Assembly (NCBI GenBank): GCA_016748015.1
Contig: JAAOMT010000129.1
Span: 310,001-374,000, forward strand
DNA length: 64,000 nucleotides
Direction: 5' to 3'
Source of the DNA: Geosiphon pyriformis uo1
Lineage: Eukaryota > Fungi > Glomeromycota
Under the pieces are notes generated by a model, which was not told the origin of the DNA, did not search any database, and saw only the letters and a program-made list of their open reading frames with translations. Below, piece after piece: positions 1 to 13,000 of the stretch; position 1 is the stretch's first letter, and the number at the start of each line of letters is the position of its first letter. The position numbers were made by a program, and so were the translations under genes.

Positions 1-563
1 AAGACACTATACAAACAACACCATTTAAATTAGTATATAATAGAACAGCAATATTACCAGTTGAGATAAAAGTCAAAACATATCCAACAAAACCAATAAC
101 AGAAGAGAATTTCCAAAGAACATTGTTGAGAAGAACATATAACTTAATAGAAACACTAAAAAACACATGGCGAAAAGCAGTTGATAACATCCAAAAGTCA
201 CAAAAAAAACAAAAAGAAAGACACAATAACCAACTACCAGAGAAACCAGTTGAATTCAAGATTGGAAACAAAGTACTTCTACATCATACTAAAGTGAAAA
301 AACAATGGAGTGGAAAATTTGATCCCAAATGGGATAGACCATTTCACATAAAAGAAATTCTTAGAAATAGAGCTTATAAATTAAGGTTGAACAACAAAAT
401 CTTAACCAAAGCAGTACATAATAATCGACTGAAACAATATTACCATATAGTATTATTATCTACCAATAATATTTTACAATTAGAAGTACAGAGAATACTA
501 GTCAAACCAGATAAGATTCTACAAGATTTAGAACCAATTATAATCATTGAACCAAACACATAA
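1..563 (+). pseudogene. Integrase C-terminal region (GPY/F-SH3-like), partial
   Basis: ORF 123..563 and upstream TPFKLVY motif; matches the A1/A2 integrase ends. Confidence 0.85.
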
Positions 564-625
564 AATTAAACAACCAAAAAAGAGTATATAAAGACACAGT
601 ATACATGACAAAAGACAGTAGAAAG

Positions 626-1255
626 ATGGAGATTATTGACAGCATTTATTTACTAACACAACAACTTTTTTAACTGATCCAACAACAAGAGATGGAAATT
701 ACAATCAACCAACAAACTATCAGATACACAAACACCAAAAAAAGATCATGAGATAAAATATGGAGAAAAACAGAAAATACTGTAAACAAAATAATTACAA
801 AAGTGAAATTGGCAATAGAAACACAACCAAAAGTCACCCAATATCAAGAGTTGACTATAGAAACTTGGAATTGATGGATACAACAATTTTCAAGAAACTT
901 TTATTACTTTTATTTGGGACAACACTTAAACATTCAGGGCTTATATATGAATAAAACAAAATGATTATTTAACACAACAATACTGCAACAACTGGAACAA
1001 TTTGTGGGAAAAAACAATTTAACCACACAAGCAAGAATTATTTATTGGCTACATACTGGATTTCAAGATTGACCAGAAATCTTACTCAATCCAGAAATGA
1101 ACTCCATTACCATTAACCAAATAAAAAAAATAACCAATGCTCAATTTAAAAAATTACAGAACAAGATAACACAAGTAATTCTTGAAAAAAAAGTTCAAGA
1201 AATACTCAAAGATAGAGAATTAGAATTAAAAAATCTTGACAGAGCTCAATATTAA
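626..1255 (+). pseudogene. ORF3 of Gypsy A0, unknown protein (~210 aa), disrupted
   Basis: MEIIDSIYLLTQQL...LDRAQY*; homologous to ORF3 of A1, A2 and B. Confidence 0.75.
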
Positions 1256-1269
1256 AGAGAAGAGAATAA

Positions 1270-2076
1270 TGTTACTCATAGAATATAGGACGTATATTAG
1301 CATATAAATTGGCTAATCAGAAGTAGCTGTAGTAAATATGGAATTCTAGAATTCCTTTTAAAAGAATTGCAGAATTGCAGAATTCCAGAATTTCTCTCAA
1401 AGAAATTGCAAGATTCCAGAAATTCCAGGATTTCTGGTGTGAAGAATTAAGGAATTGAAGAATCTCATTATGTATATATATTGGTAGCATTAGAAAAAGA
1501 AAAGACAGACCTCTCAGTTTAAATTTGATCTAAGCAACCTTTCATATCACAAATATCAATAAATAATTATTTATTATTTTAATCCACTCTTCACTATCAA
1601 CATTTTATGTTGATAATAATTAATACTTAACTATATTAAAACAATAGCTCTTGATCATGGCTATTGATGGAATACTAACATTTATTACTTTGGCTTATTT
1701 TTTTATTTCTTTTATTTTTATTTTCTTTTGTTATTTTTTTTTGTTGTTTACTAATTGATTAAAGATTAAGTGCTGAATTATTAACATCAAGGATTGCCTG
1801 ATAAAAGACCTCTGCAAGTGGGTAGAGCATGTAAAAGAATTATGGATTACTTATCAGAAAAGTACTGGTCATTAAGCTGAAGAAAAAAATTGACTGAATT
1901 GCAATTCTGAGAAGCTATGGATAAACAACTATTGAATTTTTGTCTATTATACAAAGAACTCAACCAAAACCTTCAGATAACAATATCTTTAGATTACCAT
2001 CATCACAAATAGCTTCTGAGCACCAAGTTATGGGTTTTGTTATTTGATTTGAGATCTCAAATAATCACTTGTAACA
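1270..2076 (+). repeat. LTR (A-type R/U5; U3 with GAATT(C/G)CA repeats at 1340-1462)
   Basis: TG..CA termini with TGTTAC/GTAACA inverted ends, TATA-like tract ~1473, preceded by PPT. Confidence 0.88.
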
Positions 2077-4798
2077 CTAGTTTTATATTTGTTGACATTT
2101 TACAAGTTAGTGTTAATGAATGTAAAAAATTTTGGAATAGTAAAATAGACAGTAAAAAAGCAAGTATTAGTAAGATGTTTAATGTTAAGAACATGAAAAA
2201 CACAATTGCTGAAAAAACAAGTTATGTAAACTTTAACACTTCTAATACTAATAATTTGATAGATAATACAACTCCAAGAAAAATACAAACAAGAATGTAT
2301 GTTTTGGAACAGCCACTTAAAATACTGTTATTTAACAATTTAAGTAGTAATGAAACTGAATTAGTGCTTTTAGCACTGTTACCCAAGTAGAAAAACCAAT
2401 CCAAAGTTATGAAAAAAACATAACCAAAAATGTAAATACATAAAATAACACAGAATAACACAAAAGAACACAGAATAATGCATAATAACTCAGGATAACA
2501 TAATACAAAACTCAATAACATATTATAGCATAAAATAACTAGTTAAAATATAAGATAACTAAGAATAACATAGAAGAACAAAGTAATAACAAAAATAGTG
2601 AAGCAATAGCTAGCAAGAACGAAACAATTAAAAAACAATTCTGTAGAACAAAAAAATGTATAAAAACAAGTAGTTGTAGAAGTTAGAAAAGCATCTAAAC
2701 AAAAATCAATTTTCCTCTTTTTTATAATTATTATATCTTACAAAAATAAAGAACTTATTTAAAAACCACAAAATTTTCAATACATGGTCATTAATTATTT
2801 CATGTGTAAATCAAACTAATTTTTGTTTCATTTTTTTATTCCAAAACAGATGTTTTTAGCATAAACGCCTTAAACTCTTAATAATCTGGATCAATTACTC
2901 TTGATCATGACAATTGACAATACTAATTTATCTTTTTTTCTTTTTTTTTCTTTTATTCTTTCTTGTGGAGTAACAACATAAAAAAATCAACTGTCTAAAA
3001 ATAAACTTCATGATAGTTTGGTAAAAAAGGAAGGCTTTTCCTAAGTTTAAATATTAACATTATCTTGGTAGCTTACCAGAAGGGCAAAAAAACACCACCA
3101 GATCATAATGACTGTACTCATTAGCTTAGAGAAGATAGCTTATATTATATACAAAAAGTTGTAACACTATGAAACATATCTCTGTGTCTTATAACCAAAG
3201 AACTCCATGAATAAAATTCATAACAATCCAACAGACCTTCAGAGATTGATAATAATAACACAACAAACAAGCTTACCAAAAGAAAACCATCAAAAGCTCT
3301 CTAAAAACTTCAAAAGTTGAGCACCAAATGTTATTATCATATACTACCAAGTTAACCTATAACAGCATCTATGTTTGTTGGTTCCAAAAAATTGTTATTA
3401 ACTGAGTTATAAAGCAAAAATATCAAAAATTTTGGCCCAAATAAATTATTTACATTGGATATTGATCTATTAACTGTGCTTGACAAATTTTTTGGTAATA
3501 AATTAATAGCATTAAAAAAAAATTTTTATTGCATAGATGATTTTAAGAGAGTGTTTACTTTCTTAAAATTATTAAAGTTAATTAGGTTTTTTTTTACTTC
3601 AAAGTTAAGTTTACAAAAGACTAGGAAATTGGCTATTAATACAAAAATTTTGGTTAATATTAATGTTAGAAAACCAAACAGCCATTTGGATTGAAAAGTA
3701 ATTGTCAAAAAAATTTTAATAGATCTTCCCAAAACCATGGAATTAGTATTTTCCAAATTTGGTAAGATTGTTTTAATTAAGATGCAATTGATTGGTTTTT
3801 GGCAAAAAGTCTTAATGAAATTTGAGTTATTAAATGTTGCCAATTTGGTTGCTTTCAAATAATCAGTTTTCTTGGAAAAAAATTCTGTATATGTAATATT
3901 AGTAATTAATGACAAACAATTATAAATATCCAGAAATCTTTATTGGGCTTTGTTGTGTACTTTGCTAATTAGTACTATTGCTTATAACTTGTATAATTTG
4001 TTGGAATTATATAATAGAAAAATTTGTTTTATTGACTGTAATTCTAGTTTATATGTTTATAACAGATGTGCTTTGATTTGTTTTGCTGATAAAACATTCA
4101 AAATAGCTGTCATTGATTCTATTCCTGTTTTTAAAAATGTGAATTTATACTGAACTGGTCTCTCTTTAACCTATTGTGTTTAATGTAAACAATTTGGTTA
4201 TATTTCTAATATGTGTTTAATAGGTAAGAATTCTGGTTGTTGTAGTAAGTTTGTGATGACTTTTTAAAATTAAACTTACTTAGCCAACATATATAAAAAA
4301 AAGCAGTTACTAATTGCTTGTTCAGTTTCTTTTGGTGACAAAACTTGGGTCCAGATTGCTAGTAATTTTATCTTTTGTGTAGTGCCTTTAGTTCATTTTG
4401 GTGCTGGTTTGTCTTCAAGTGCAAAATCTTTTTTACTGGTTTTTTTGGATGTGAGTAATAGGTTTACTGTTTTTGAATGTAGTCTTGCCAACTTCATGGA
4501 GAAGGTAGATAAGCTAATTAAGAGATTAAAAGCACTTAAACCAACAGTTTCTTAGTCTAGTCCTGAATGTTAGCTATTGGTAATCTCTTTATTATAGAAT
4601 TAAAAAACAAATACAGTAATGAATGAGAGTTTGGGTGCTGTCACTAGTAATAAGACTGTAACAAGAATAGAGTTGTTAAAACTTTTAACTATCAAGGAAT
4701 TTGAAATTAAAATGAACAATTTGTTAAATATAGTAATAGATTTGTTGGCAAAGATAGATAATAAGAGCTTAATTTTAAATAATTTTTTCTAACAATAA
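2077..4798 (+). pseudogene. LINE ORF1 (RRM-like plus zinc knuckle), fragmented
   Basis: ORF pieces 2037..2390, 3455..3694 and 3950..4153 are collinear with the ORF1 relic of the minus-strand LINE at 58660-60523. Confidence 0.7.
2377..3364 (+). repeat. Solo LTR, family B type
   Basis: Starts TGTTACCCAAGTAGAAAAACC, ends TATAACA; 4-bp TSD GCAC/GCAT; similar to the reverse complement of 28585-29684. Confidence 0.88.
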
Positions 4799-7700
4799 CC
4801 AATTTAATCTGAAAAATTGCTACATGTAATATTAGAGATATGAACAATCTTGTAAAGCAAAAGAATATTATTTGTTGGCATAGAAATATAACAATTTAGT
4901 TACTATTGTTACTAAGACTAAACTAAAAAAAAAAGCTTGTTTATGGATTATGAACAAGTTTAATAGTGTTTGGGTTTTCACTTCTGGCTTGGAGTCTGGT
5001 TACTTGAGTTCTGGTGTTATAGTTATTATAAATATTAGTTTGGCAAAACATATATACAAGGTTTCAGAGATTGCTAATAAGCTTTTGAGGTTATACACTG
5101 ATACTACTTTGACAACACACTTATCTCAAGCTGAAAAGATTAATTCATTAATTGTTAAGACTGTAAATGAATTTTTATTCATGATTTTGAGTGGTGATTT
5201 TAATAAAAATGGTTTTTATAGATATACTAGTTTCAAAAAATGTTTTGATCTAAATTTAGTTAATTCTTTGGTGAAAAGTCCAGTTGTAAAACTCTCAATA
5301 TGGTTTAACTTTAAGAATGCTGAAAAAACAATTGATTTCATTTTTGTTTTCTCAAATTATGTTAACACAGTTGTGAATTGTAATGTTCTGGATATTAGAG
5401 AGCATTTTAACACTAATTATTGTGCTGTGTCTGTTTTTTTAAGATTGAATAGTTTGCTTAATGTACAGTTGAATTTTTTTCATAGACAAACAAATAAAAA
5501 CTGTTGGAGGTTTTATTTTAAGAGTGCCAATAATACTAAATAAAATGAATTTAAAAATACCATGTTGGCCAATATAGTTTTGTTTTCTAATAAGTTTGCT
5601 ATGTCTAAGAATTTTTTAGATTTAAATGCTATGTAAAATATTATTCATAAGATAGTAAGTCTATTAGCCAATAAGATGTTTAAGAAGAAATGATTCAAGA
5701 AGTTTAATGATGTTTTTACCAAAAAATCTTTTAAGTTTTATAAATTGGAGTTGTTAGTATCAAAAATTGCCAAATTTTTTTAGAATGAATTTAGTAATAG
5801 GCTTTTCTCCTTGATAAACCAATAGTCATTTTTAGATAATAACAGAACTTTGAAGATTCAAATTTTGTTAGATTTTAGTGCCAATTTTAATTATATAAGA
5901 TCTATTTTCTCTGTTATAAAAAAATTATATCATGTTTTCAAGCTTATTGATCTTTAAGGGCTGAAAAATTTTGTATTAGGTCTGTTATTAATAAACAGAT
6001 GGAAAACTTTGCTGCCAATAAAAATCATATAATCAGAAGTGTGTTGAAACATTCTTTCTAGAAAATTGTATTAGATTATTTGGTTGCTAATAGTAAATTG
6101 GTTTTGGATTCTGTTGAGATTAAGTTCAAGATTAATGCAATTATGGAGAGTTAGATAAGGAAGAGAATAATAATAAATAATGTTTTCAATCTGTGGTGTT
6201 ACCAATATTTGCAATTGGCTTATATCAATAATGCTGCTTTTTCTAATATTATGAATGTTATTAATTATGAAGATATAATGTGTATGATCAAAAATTTACT
6301 TGATAGAAAGGCTGCTGGTTTGTTTGATATTACAAATAAGCTTTGGAAACATTATAACAGTTTTATTTTTGTTATGCTTTTAGATTTTTTGAACTTTTGT
6401 TTGATATGTAAATCTGTTCTTTAATCTTGAAAAGAAGCTTGGATGTTAATGATTTTTAAATCTTACTAATAGGAGAATGTTTTAATTAATATTAGGTCTA
6501 TCACATTAATTGAGACTGCCCAAAAAAAAATTTTAAGTTATTTTTTGATAAAATTTCTTTGGTTTGCAGTAGATTTGATGTTCTTTATAATAATAACTTT
6601 TTGATATTAAAGAAGACTACTATCCAGTCTTCTATTTTTACAATTAGTTCTGTGGTTAAAGATGCTTTGGAGAAGAGTCGCAAACTTTGGCTGGTTTTAC
6701 AAGATATGTAAAAGATTTATAACTCTGTAAGTTAGCATTATTTAAAGAATAGTTTAGTTTAAATTAAGATATGTAAGAAATTTATCAGATTTTTTAGAAG
6801 TATTCACAATAACAGAGTTAATTGGATTATAACTGATTTTGGTTTGACTGATAAGTGCTGTGTACATGATGGTTTAGACTAAGACAAAGTTTTTTCTTCT
6901 TTGCTCTGAAGAATTTTTATGATTCTCTTCTTTGCTCTGAAGGATTTTTTATGATTCTTTTCTTTGTGAAGTCAAAAGACATAAATGCTTGTATAGTTAC
7001 TATATTAACATTAGATTTGTTGTCAAAACTGGCAGAGTAGAAAATCAAAGTGGGTTGTCTTTGTTTCTAACAGCTGGTGTTTTTGTTAATGATACAATTT
7101 AAATGAACAGTAATTAGACTGTTATTTAGTATATTTTGAATATTGCAAGTAAGTTTTTTAGTATTAATAATATTTTAATCAACAATGAAAAGACAATAGC
7201 TGTTTCTATTAACCAAAAAGTTAGAAATGTCTTGTTATTAATTAGTGGCTTGCTAATTTCTATTGTGCAAAATAAAGAGTCTTATAAATATCTTAAAATC
7301 TTTCTATTTTCTGATGGTTTATTCAGGCTTAGTTTAAAGAAAGCTTATTTGAATGTTAAGTTTTTTGCCAATATGGTCTTAAAAAAAGCCATTTTAAACA
7401 AACAGTTTCTTTATTTAATTTTGGCTGTGTTTCAATCTATTGTTGATTACAAGATTCAATTTTGTTTTGTTTCTAAAAATGTGTGCAACAAATGAAATAT
7501 GCTAATCAAAAAGAATTTAAAGATGAAAGCTGGCTTATTTAAAAATTTTCTCAATAAGGCTTTTTATCATTTATTATTATATGGTTTAAAATTTTTTGAG
7601 CAAGTATAAGTAAAGAGTAAATTGGCTTCTTTAGTGTGTTTTTCAAATGTTGGTTGAATTCTTAGTTGTTTGTTTGAACACAAATCTTTAGATTTGCAGA

Positions 7701-10466
7701 TTTTAAATTAGTCTTCTGTCCATTTTTTATAGTATTTTGTGAAATTGAGAGTCAATTTGGTTAATAATTTCTTAGCTAATATAATAAAAATTTTTTTGGA
7801 TTATGATATTTGTCTCATCAATTTTTTTCTTTCTGCATTTCATTTTTTTGATGGCATTCCTATGTTCTATATTTTGGGGGATTTGGTGTTTTATAATGTT
7901 TATTGCTTACTTAAGAGGTTTTGTATTGTCTTTGTTGAACAATTGTATGATAAAAAAGAGTTAGTTTTTAATTAGAAGTGTTTTTATTATTGGAAAAGAC
8001 TTGATCTCAGAGGTCTGTTTTCTGCTTGGTTTAAGTTGGTTTGTAATTACTTGATAAATCTTGCTCTATGTTCTGATACTTAATCTTCTATTGGCATCTC
8101 CCAACTTGTAAATGTTTTTAATACTGGTGAATTTTTTTTAGTTAAATGTTGTCTTTTTAGTGCTGGTTTGGATGTTATCAATATCTAAACAAATAGATCT
8201 TTGAAAAACTTGGACATCTATAAGATAAGGTGTAATGCAGCTATATTCTTGGCCAATTTAAATCTAAGTATTAGTGTTGAGATTGGTGGTTTGATATCTT
8301 CTACAATGGCAGAATTACAAGTGATTGCTTTGGTCTTAGAATGTGTTCTAGCTTTCAGTTATGTTAGAGTGTTTTTAGATAGTTAAACCACTTTGAATAC
8401 ATGTGTTTCAGAATTGGCTATGGTTTTATCTGATTTTTATAACTATTGTTGACTTAAAACCAAAGTATTATGAATTTTATTAGATATAAAAATCTCAATA
8501 TTTCTTGGATTAAAGTCAAAAACCATTCTGGTGTCTTGGATAATAAACATACTAATATGCTGGTTGACTTAACTTCATTTTCAAATTTGTCATTTCTTGT
8601 TCTTGTTAAGAAGAGATATATTAATACTAGTGGAGTAGTGATATCTGAAAATATTTGTTATTTTATTTGCAATATGTTTAAGGCTGTTTATCATGCTTAT
8701 TGAGAAGTTGAGTCTAATTCTAGTATTATTTGTGAAAACATAATTGGGGATGTGAATTGGATTTGAACTTTGTTAATTTGGCATTTAGACTTATATATAA
8801 TATTAGATTATATGAATAGAGCTACTGCTGGTTTATATTTTTATTTTATAAAGACTTTGCATTATTAATTGCCAGTTGCTGTTCAAAAATGCTTATTTAT
8901 TAAAAAGTATTTTAGTATATTGTGTCTGCACTATAAAGAGATTAAGCTTCCTGATTATTTTTTTATTTGTATTATAAACTCTAGTGCTTGCAAGAATCTA
9001 TTTAATTCATATTGTTATCTGAGTAGAAAAACAAATCCAAGTTATGAAAAAATATGATCAAAAACGTGATAACACAGAATAACACAAAAAAATACAAAAT
9101 AATGCATAATAATTCAGAATAACATAATACAAAACTCAATAATGTGTTATAACATAAAATAATTAATTAAAACATAAGATAATTAGTAATAACATAAAAA
9201 AATGAAGCAATAACAGAAATAGTGAAGCAATAGCTAGCAAGAATAAAACAATTAAAAAGCAATCTTGTAGAACGAAAAAATATATAAAAATGAGTAATTG
9301 TAAAAGTTAAAAAAACAGCCAGAAAAAAATTCCTAAAGAATTTAATAAAGTTTTATTAATTTAAAACAATCCTTTTTCTTCTCTATTTATTAACTCTCAC
9401 TTCACAAATAGTTACTATCAACTGAAATAAATTCATTAACAAAATATTGAATAAAACATACTTATTATCATTCAATTTATATTATTGTTGTTTGTTTAAA
9501 AATCTAATTACTTTTCCATTTATTAACACTTTATGTTGATAAAATCTAACACTTAATCACACTAAAACAATAGCTCTTAATTATGGCTATTAACAGAATA
9601 CTAATTTTTTTTTCATTTATTTTATTTATTTATTTATTTTATTTTATTTTATTTTATTTTATTTTCTTTTGTTTACTAATTGATTGAAATATTGAAACAT
9701 GTGAAGTTATTGACATCAAAGAGACTGGTAAAAAATCTGTAAAACAAGAATAGAACACTTATAAAATTAAAAATAGCTTACCAAAAAAATTACTGGCCAC
9801 TATGCTGAAAAAAAAATTTAATAGAATTGCAATTCTAAAAAGCTATAAATAAAACAATACTTGAATCTCTATCTATTATACAAAGAACTTAACTAAAATC
9901 TTTAGATCACAAAACCTTCAAAAATTACCAACACCATATCATTAAGCTATTGAGCACTAAGTTATGAGTTTGTTATTTGTATTAATACTCCAAATAATTA
10001 TCTGTAACAATGTATTGTCCAATAAAATTCTGTGTTAGATTTGAATTTGTTATTTTTATGTATTCTATAGTTACTCTCCTTGTGTGTATCTAACAATACT
10101 ATATATACTGCTTTGTATAAAGGCTTTGTGTTTAGAAAGTGGTACTTAAAAGCTGTCTCTATTTTTAGATATGCCAAAACTGCTGGTATAAAAATTGCCA
10201 AATTGGTGTGAGAATTAAAGATGGCTTATCAAATTGATGTATAAATAGTAAAAGTTAGGTATAGAGCATTTATAGAAAAAAAAAGTTTAATTGGTTGTAA
10301 TGGTTTTGTGCTTCCTAATATTCATGGTTCTTTGTCTTTATTCTTTGTTGGTATTGTTAGATTGCTTGGAATTGTTGATGCTTATGATGCTAATTTTGGT
10401 TTTTGTATATTCTGTAGTTTTTTTTCTGGTATTAATAGTACAATTTCTGTTATGATAAATTCATAG
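4795..10466 (+). pseudogene. LINE ORF2 (endonuclease-RT-RNase H-Cys domain), many stops
   Basis: ORF fragments 4950..5543 (APE), 6209..7495 (RT region), 8201..8703 (RNase H), 8869..9012 (Cys domain). Confidence 0.85.
9013..10009 (+). repeat. Solo LTR, mosaic: B-type U3 plus A-type R/U5
   Basis: TGTTATCTGAGTAGAAAAAC...TCTGTAACA; TSD ATAT/ATGT; first ~300 bp match the 2377 LTR, last ~500 bp match family A. Confidence 0.85.
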
Positions 10467-11515
10467 TATTGTTCTAATTAGCCCAAATAACTGGTTATAT
10501 GTGAAAAATACATGATTTGCATTTAGTTTAGATTACTTAATTTGATGTATTATATTAGGTAATGTTTGGGCTTTACTTGTAAAATATTAAAAAAAAATTT
10601 AATAAGTTAATTAATTAAAGATACATATAAAAGTTTTATTTTGTTTTTAAAATTAGCAAAAATTGGCTAAAAATTAATATATTAAGGCATTGTTACTTAA
10701 TAAAAATTAATAAAAATCAAAAATAATAATATTATAATATATTAATTAATTATTAAATAACAGTATAAATAGCATAAAGCAATAAATAAAATTAAAAAAC
10801 ATAATATATACATAATAGTATACAAAATATATATTGTTACAGATGATTATTTAGGGTCTTAAATCAAATAACAAATCTGTAACTTGGTGCTTGGTTGGTA
10901 TTCTGGGGTTGATATCTAAAGGTTTTGTTGTGGAGTTCTTTGTATAATAAACAGAGAGTTAATTGATAGTTTTATCTGTAGCTTCCTAAAACTGCAGTTT
11001 CATCAAATTTCTTTTTCAGTGTGATGGCCAGTAATCTTCCTAGTAAGCTATTCTCAAATCTATGAGTGTTCCACCCTTGTTTCACAGGTCTTTTACCAGT
11101 CATTATGACATCTGTATCTCAGTGCTTTTAATCCTCAATCGATTAGTATACAACAATAAAAAAATCAAAGAAAGACAAGAAAATAAAAGAAAAGAAAAAT
11201 AAAAAAAGAAGCCAAGGCAATGCACAAGTTAGTATTCTGTTAATAGCCGTAATCAAGAGCTATTGTTCCAGTGGGGTTAAGTATCAATTACTATCAACAT
11301 GAAGTATTGATAGTGAAGAGTGGATTGAGATAGTAAATAATTATTTATTGATATTTGTGATGTGAAAGGTTTCTAACTGATAGATTCTGCTCTTTCTACT
11401 TCTAATGCTACCACTATATATACATAATTGATGTTTTATGAGATTGCTCACATTTCCAAGCAATGTGCTATAATTTCTTGAGCAATGCTCACATTGCTGA
11501 GTAATGTGCTCTTAT

Positions 11516-12350
11516 TGTTACAAATGATTATTTGGGGTCTCAAGTCAAATAACAAATCTGTAACTTGGTGCTTAGTTGGTACTTGGGTGTTGATATCTGA
11601 AGATTTTGGTTGTGAAGTTCTTTGTATAATGGACAAAGATTTAATAGTTGTTTCAGTAGCCTCCCAGAATTGTAATTCCATCAAATTTTTTTCTCAGCGT
11701 AGTGGCCAATAATCCTTCTGATAAGCTATCTTCAAATCTATGAGTGTTTTACTCTTGTTTTACAGATTTTTTACCAGTCCCTATGATGTCTGTATCTTAG
11801 CACTTAATCCTTAATCAATTTAGTAAAACCAAAGAAATAACAAAAAGAAATAAAAGAAAATAAAAGAAAATAAAAGAAAATAAAGAAATAAACAAAAGCA
11901 ATTACAAGTTAGTATTCTGTTAATAGCCATGATCAAGAGCTATTGTTCTAGTGTAGTTAAGTATTAATTACTATTAACATAAAGTGTTGATAGTGGAGAG
12001 TGGATTTGGATGGTAAATAGTTATTTATTTGATATTTGTGAATAAAAAGTTGCTTAGATCAAATCTAAACTAAGAGGTCTGTTTTTTCTACTTCTAATGC
12101 TACTACTATATATACATAATTGATGTTCTATGAGATCATTCACATTTCTGAGTGATGTGCTATGATTTCTTGAGCAATGCTCATATTGCTGAGTGATGTG
12201 CTCTAATTTCTAATATCGCTCCACATTGCTGAGCAATGTGCTGTGTTTTCTGATATTGCTCCACATTGCTGAGCAATGTGCTTATGTGCTAAATACTATT
12301 CTCTCATTGGTCTGTTATTTTCTATATCTGTTTTCTTTTTATAAGTAACA
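11516..12350 (-). repeat. A1 3' LTR
   Basis: Direct repeat of 20751-21585; adjacent PPT (reverse complement of TTATCTCCTCCTTTTT). Confidence 0.95.
12142..12285. repeat. U3 tandem array, ~40-bp units with palindromic core CACATTGCTGAGCAATGTG
   Basis: Four units here; also at 11448-11510, 21375-21520 and 21590-21705. Confidence 0.85.
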
Positions 12351-12364
12351 TTATCTCCTCCTTT

Positions 12365-13000
12365 TTAATATTAAGCTCCGTCAAAATCTTTGTTTTGAAT
12401 TAATTCCAATACTTCTTTTTCAAGTATTGTTTGTTCGACTCTGTTTCTTATGTTTTCTACTTGTGTATTGTTTATTCTTCCCTATTAGTTAATGGTTATG
12501 GTTTCCATGTCAGAGTATAACAGTATTTTTGGATAGTTTCGAAATATGTTGTGTAGTTGGTACATTGTTTTAACATGTAGTGTTGAATTTGTTTTCTTTC
12601 TGATAAATTTTTTAATTTGTTGTATTATGTCTTGGTTGAATATTCTCTTGGATTTATCAGTATACAACTCTTGAATATTTAATTTTTGACCTAACTGATA
12701 GTAACAGTATGATATTGAAAGTTGTTTTGTCTATTGCTTCTAATTCTCTTTTGTAAGTTCTTCTGTTGGTGCCATAATAGGTATTTTCCCAAAAGTGTTC
12801 TTTACTTTTTCTATTATGTTATCTAACCAGTTTTTACTATTCTTTAGTAATTGCTGATATGAAGTGTTTTTTGTCTTTCTTTTGGTGTTTTGATAGCAAA
12901 TTGTTTGGTTGTTGATGACAATTTCCATGTCTAACTGTTGTTGACTTAATGCTTGGGACAGTTGTTGAGCTATAATGTGAATGTGATCTGGTATTTCCAT
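12365..13000 (-). pseudogene. ORF3 of A1 (212 codons, one frame, internal stops)
   Basis: MEIPDHIHIIAQQL...DFDGA(Q)Y*; ORF pieces 12740..13000 and 12485..12667 are in frame. Confidence 0.8.

Larger units (their letters stand above)
1..2076 (+). mobile_element. 3' part of Ty3/Gypsy LTR retrotransposon (family A, copy A0): integrase C-terminus, ORF3, PPT, 3' LTR; inserted in LINE ORF1
   Basis: Integrase C-terminal motif KFDPKWDRPFHIKEILRNRAYKL, purine tract 1254-1269, LTR TGTTAC(1270)...TGTAACA(2076); homologous to the reverse complement of 11516-13650. Confidence 0.9.
2077..10597 (+). mobile_element. Degenerate LINE (non-LTR retrotransposon with APE, RT, RNase H), interrupted by two solo LTRs
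   Basis: ORF1 remnants with a degenerate CCHC near 4170-4220; ORF2 motifs ATCNIR, GDFN, IDFIF, AGVFVND (RT FVDD-like), MAELQ/LDS/KVKNHSG (RNase H), C-terminal Cys/His region; 3' UTR and A-tail 10589-10597. Confidence 0.88.

Noticed and set aside
6893-6960. ~32-bp tandem duplication in LINE RT
   Set aside because: Looks like private slippage in a dead copy, with no sign of function
11448-11684. ORF running through U5 into the PBS (..PQIIICN)
   Set aside because: The equivalent frame in B has about eight stops, several shared across copies, and the conserved blocks are not all in the same frame
12142-12285. CRISPR-like palindromic repeat-spacer array
   Set aside because: The spacers resemble each other, the array lies inside LTR U3 of a eukaryotic element, and there are no cas genes
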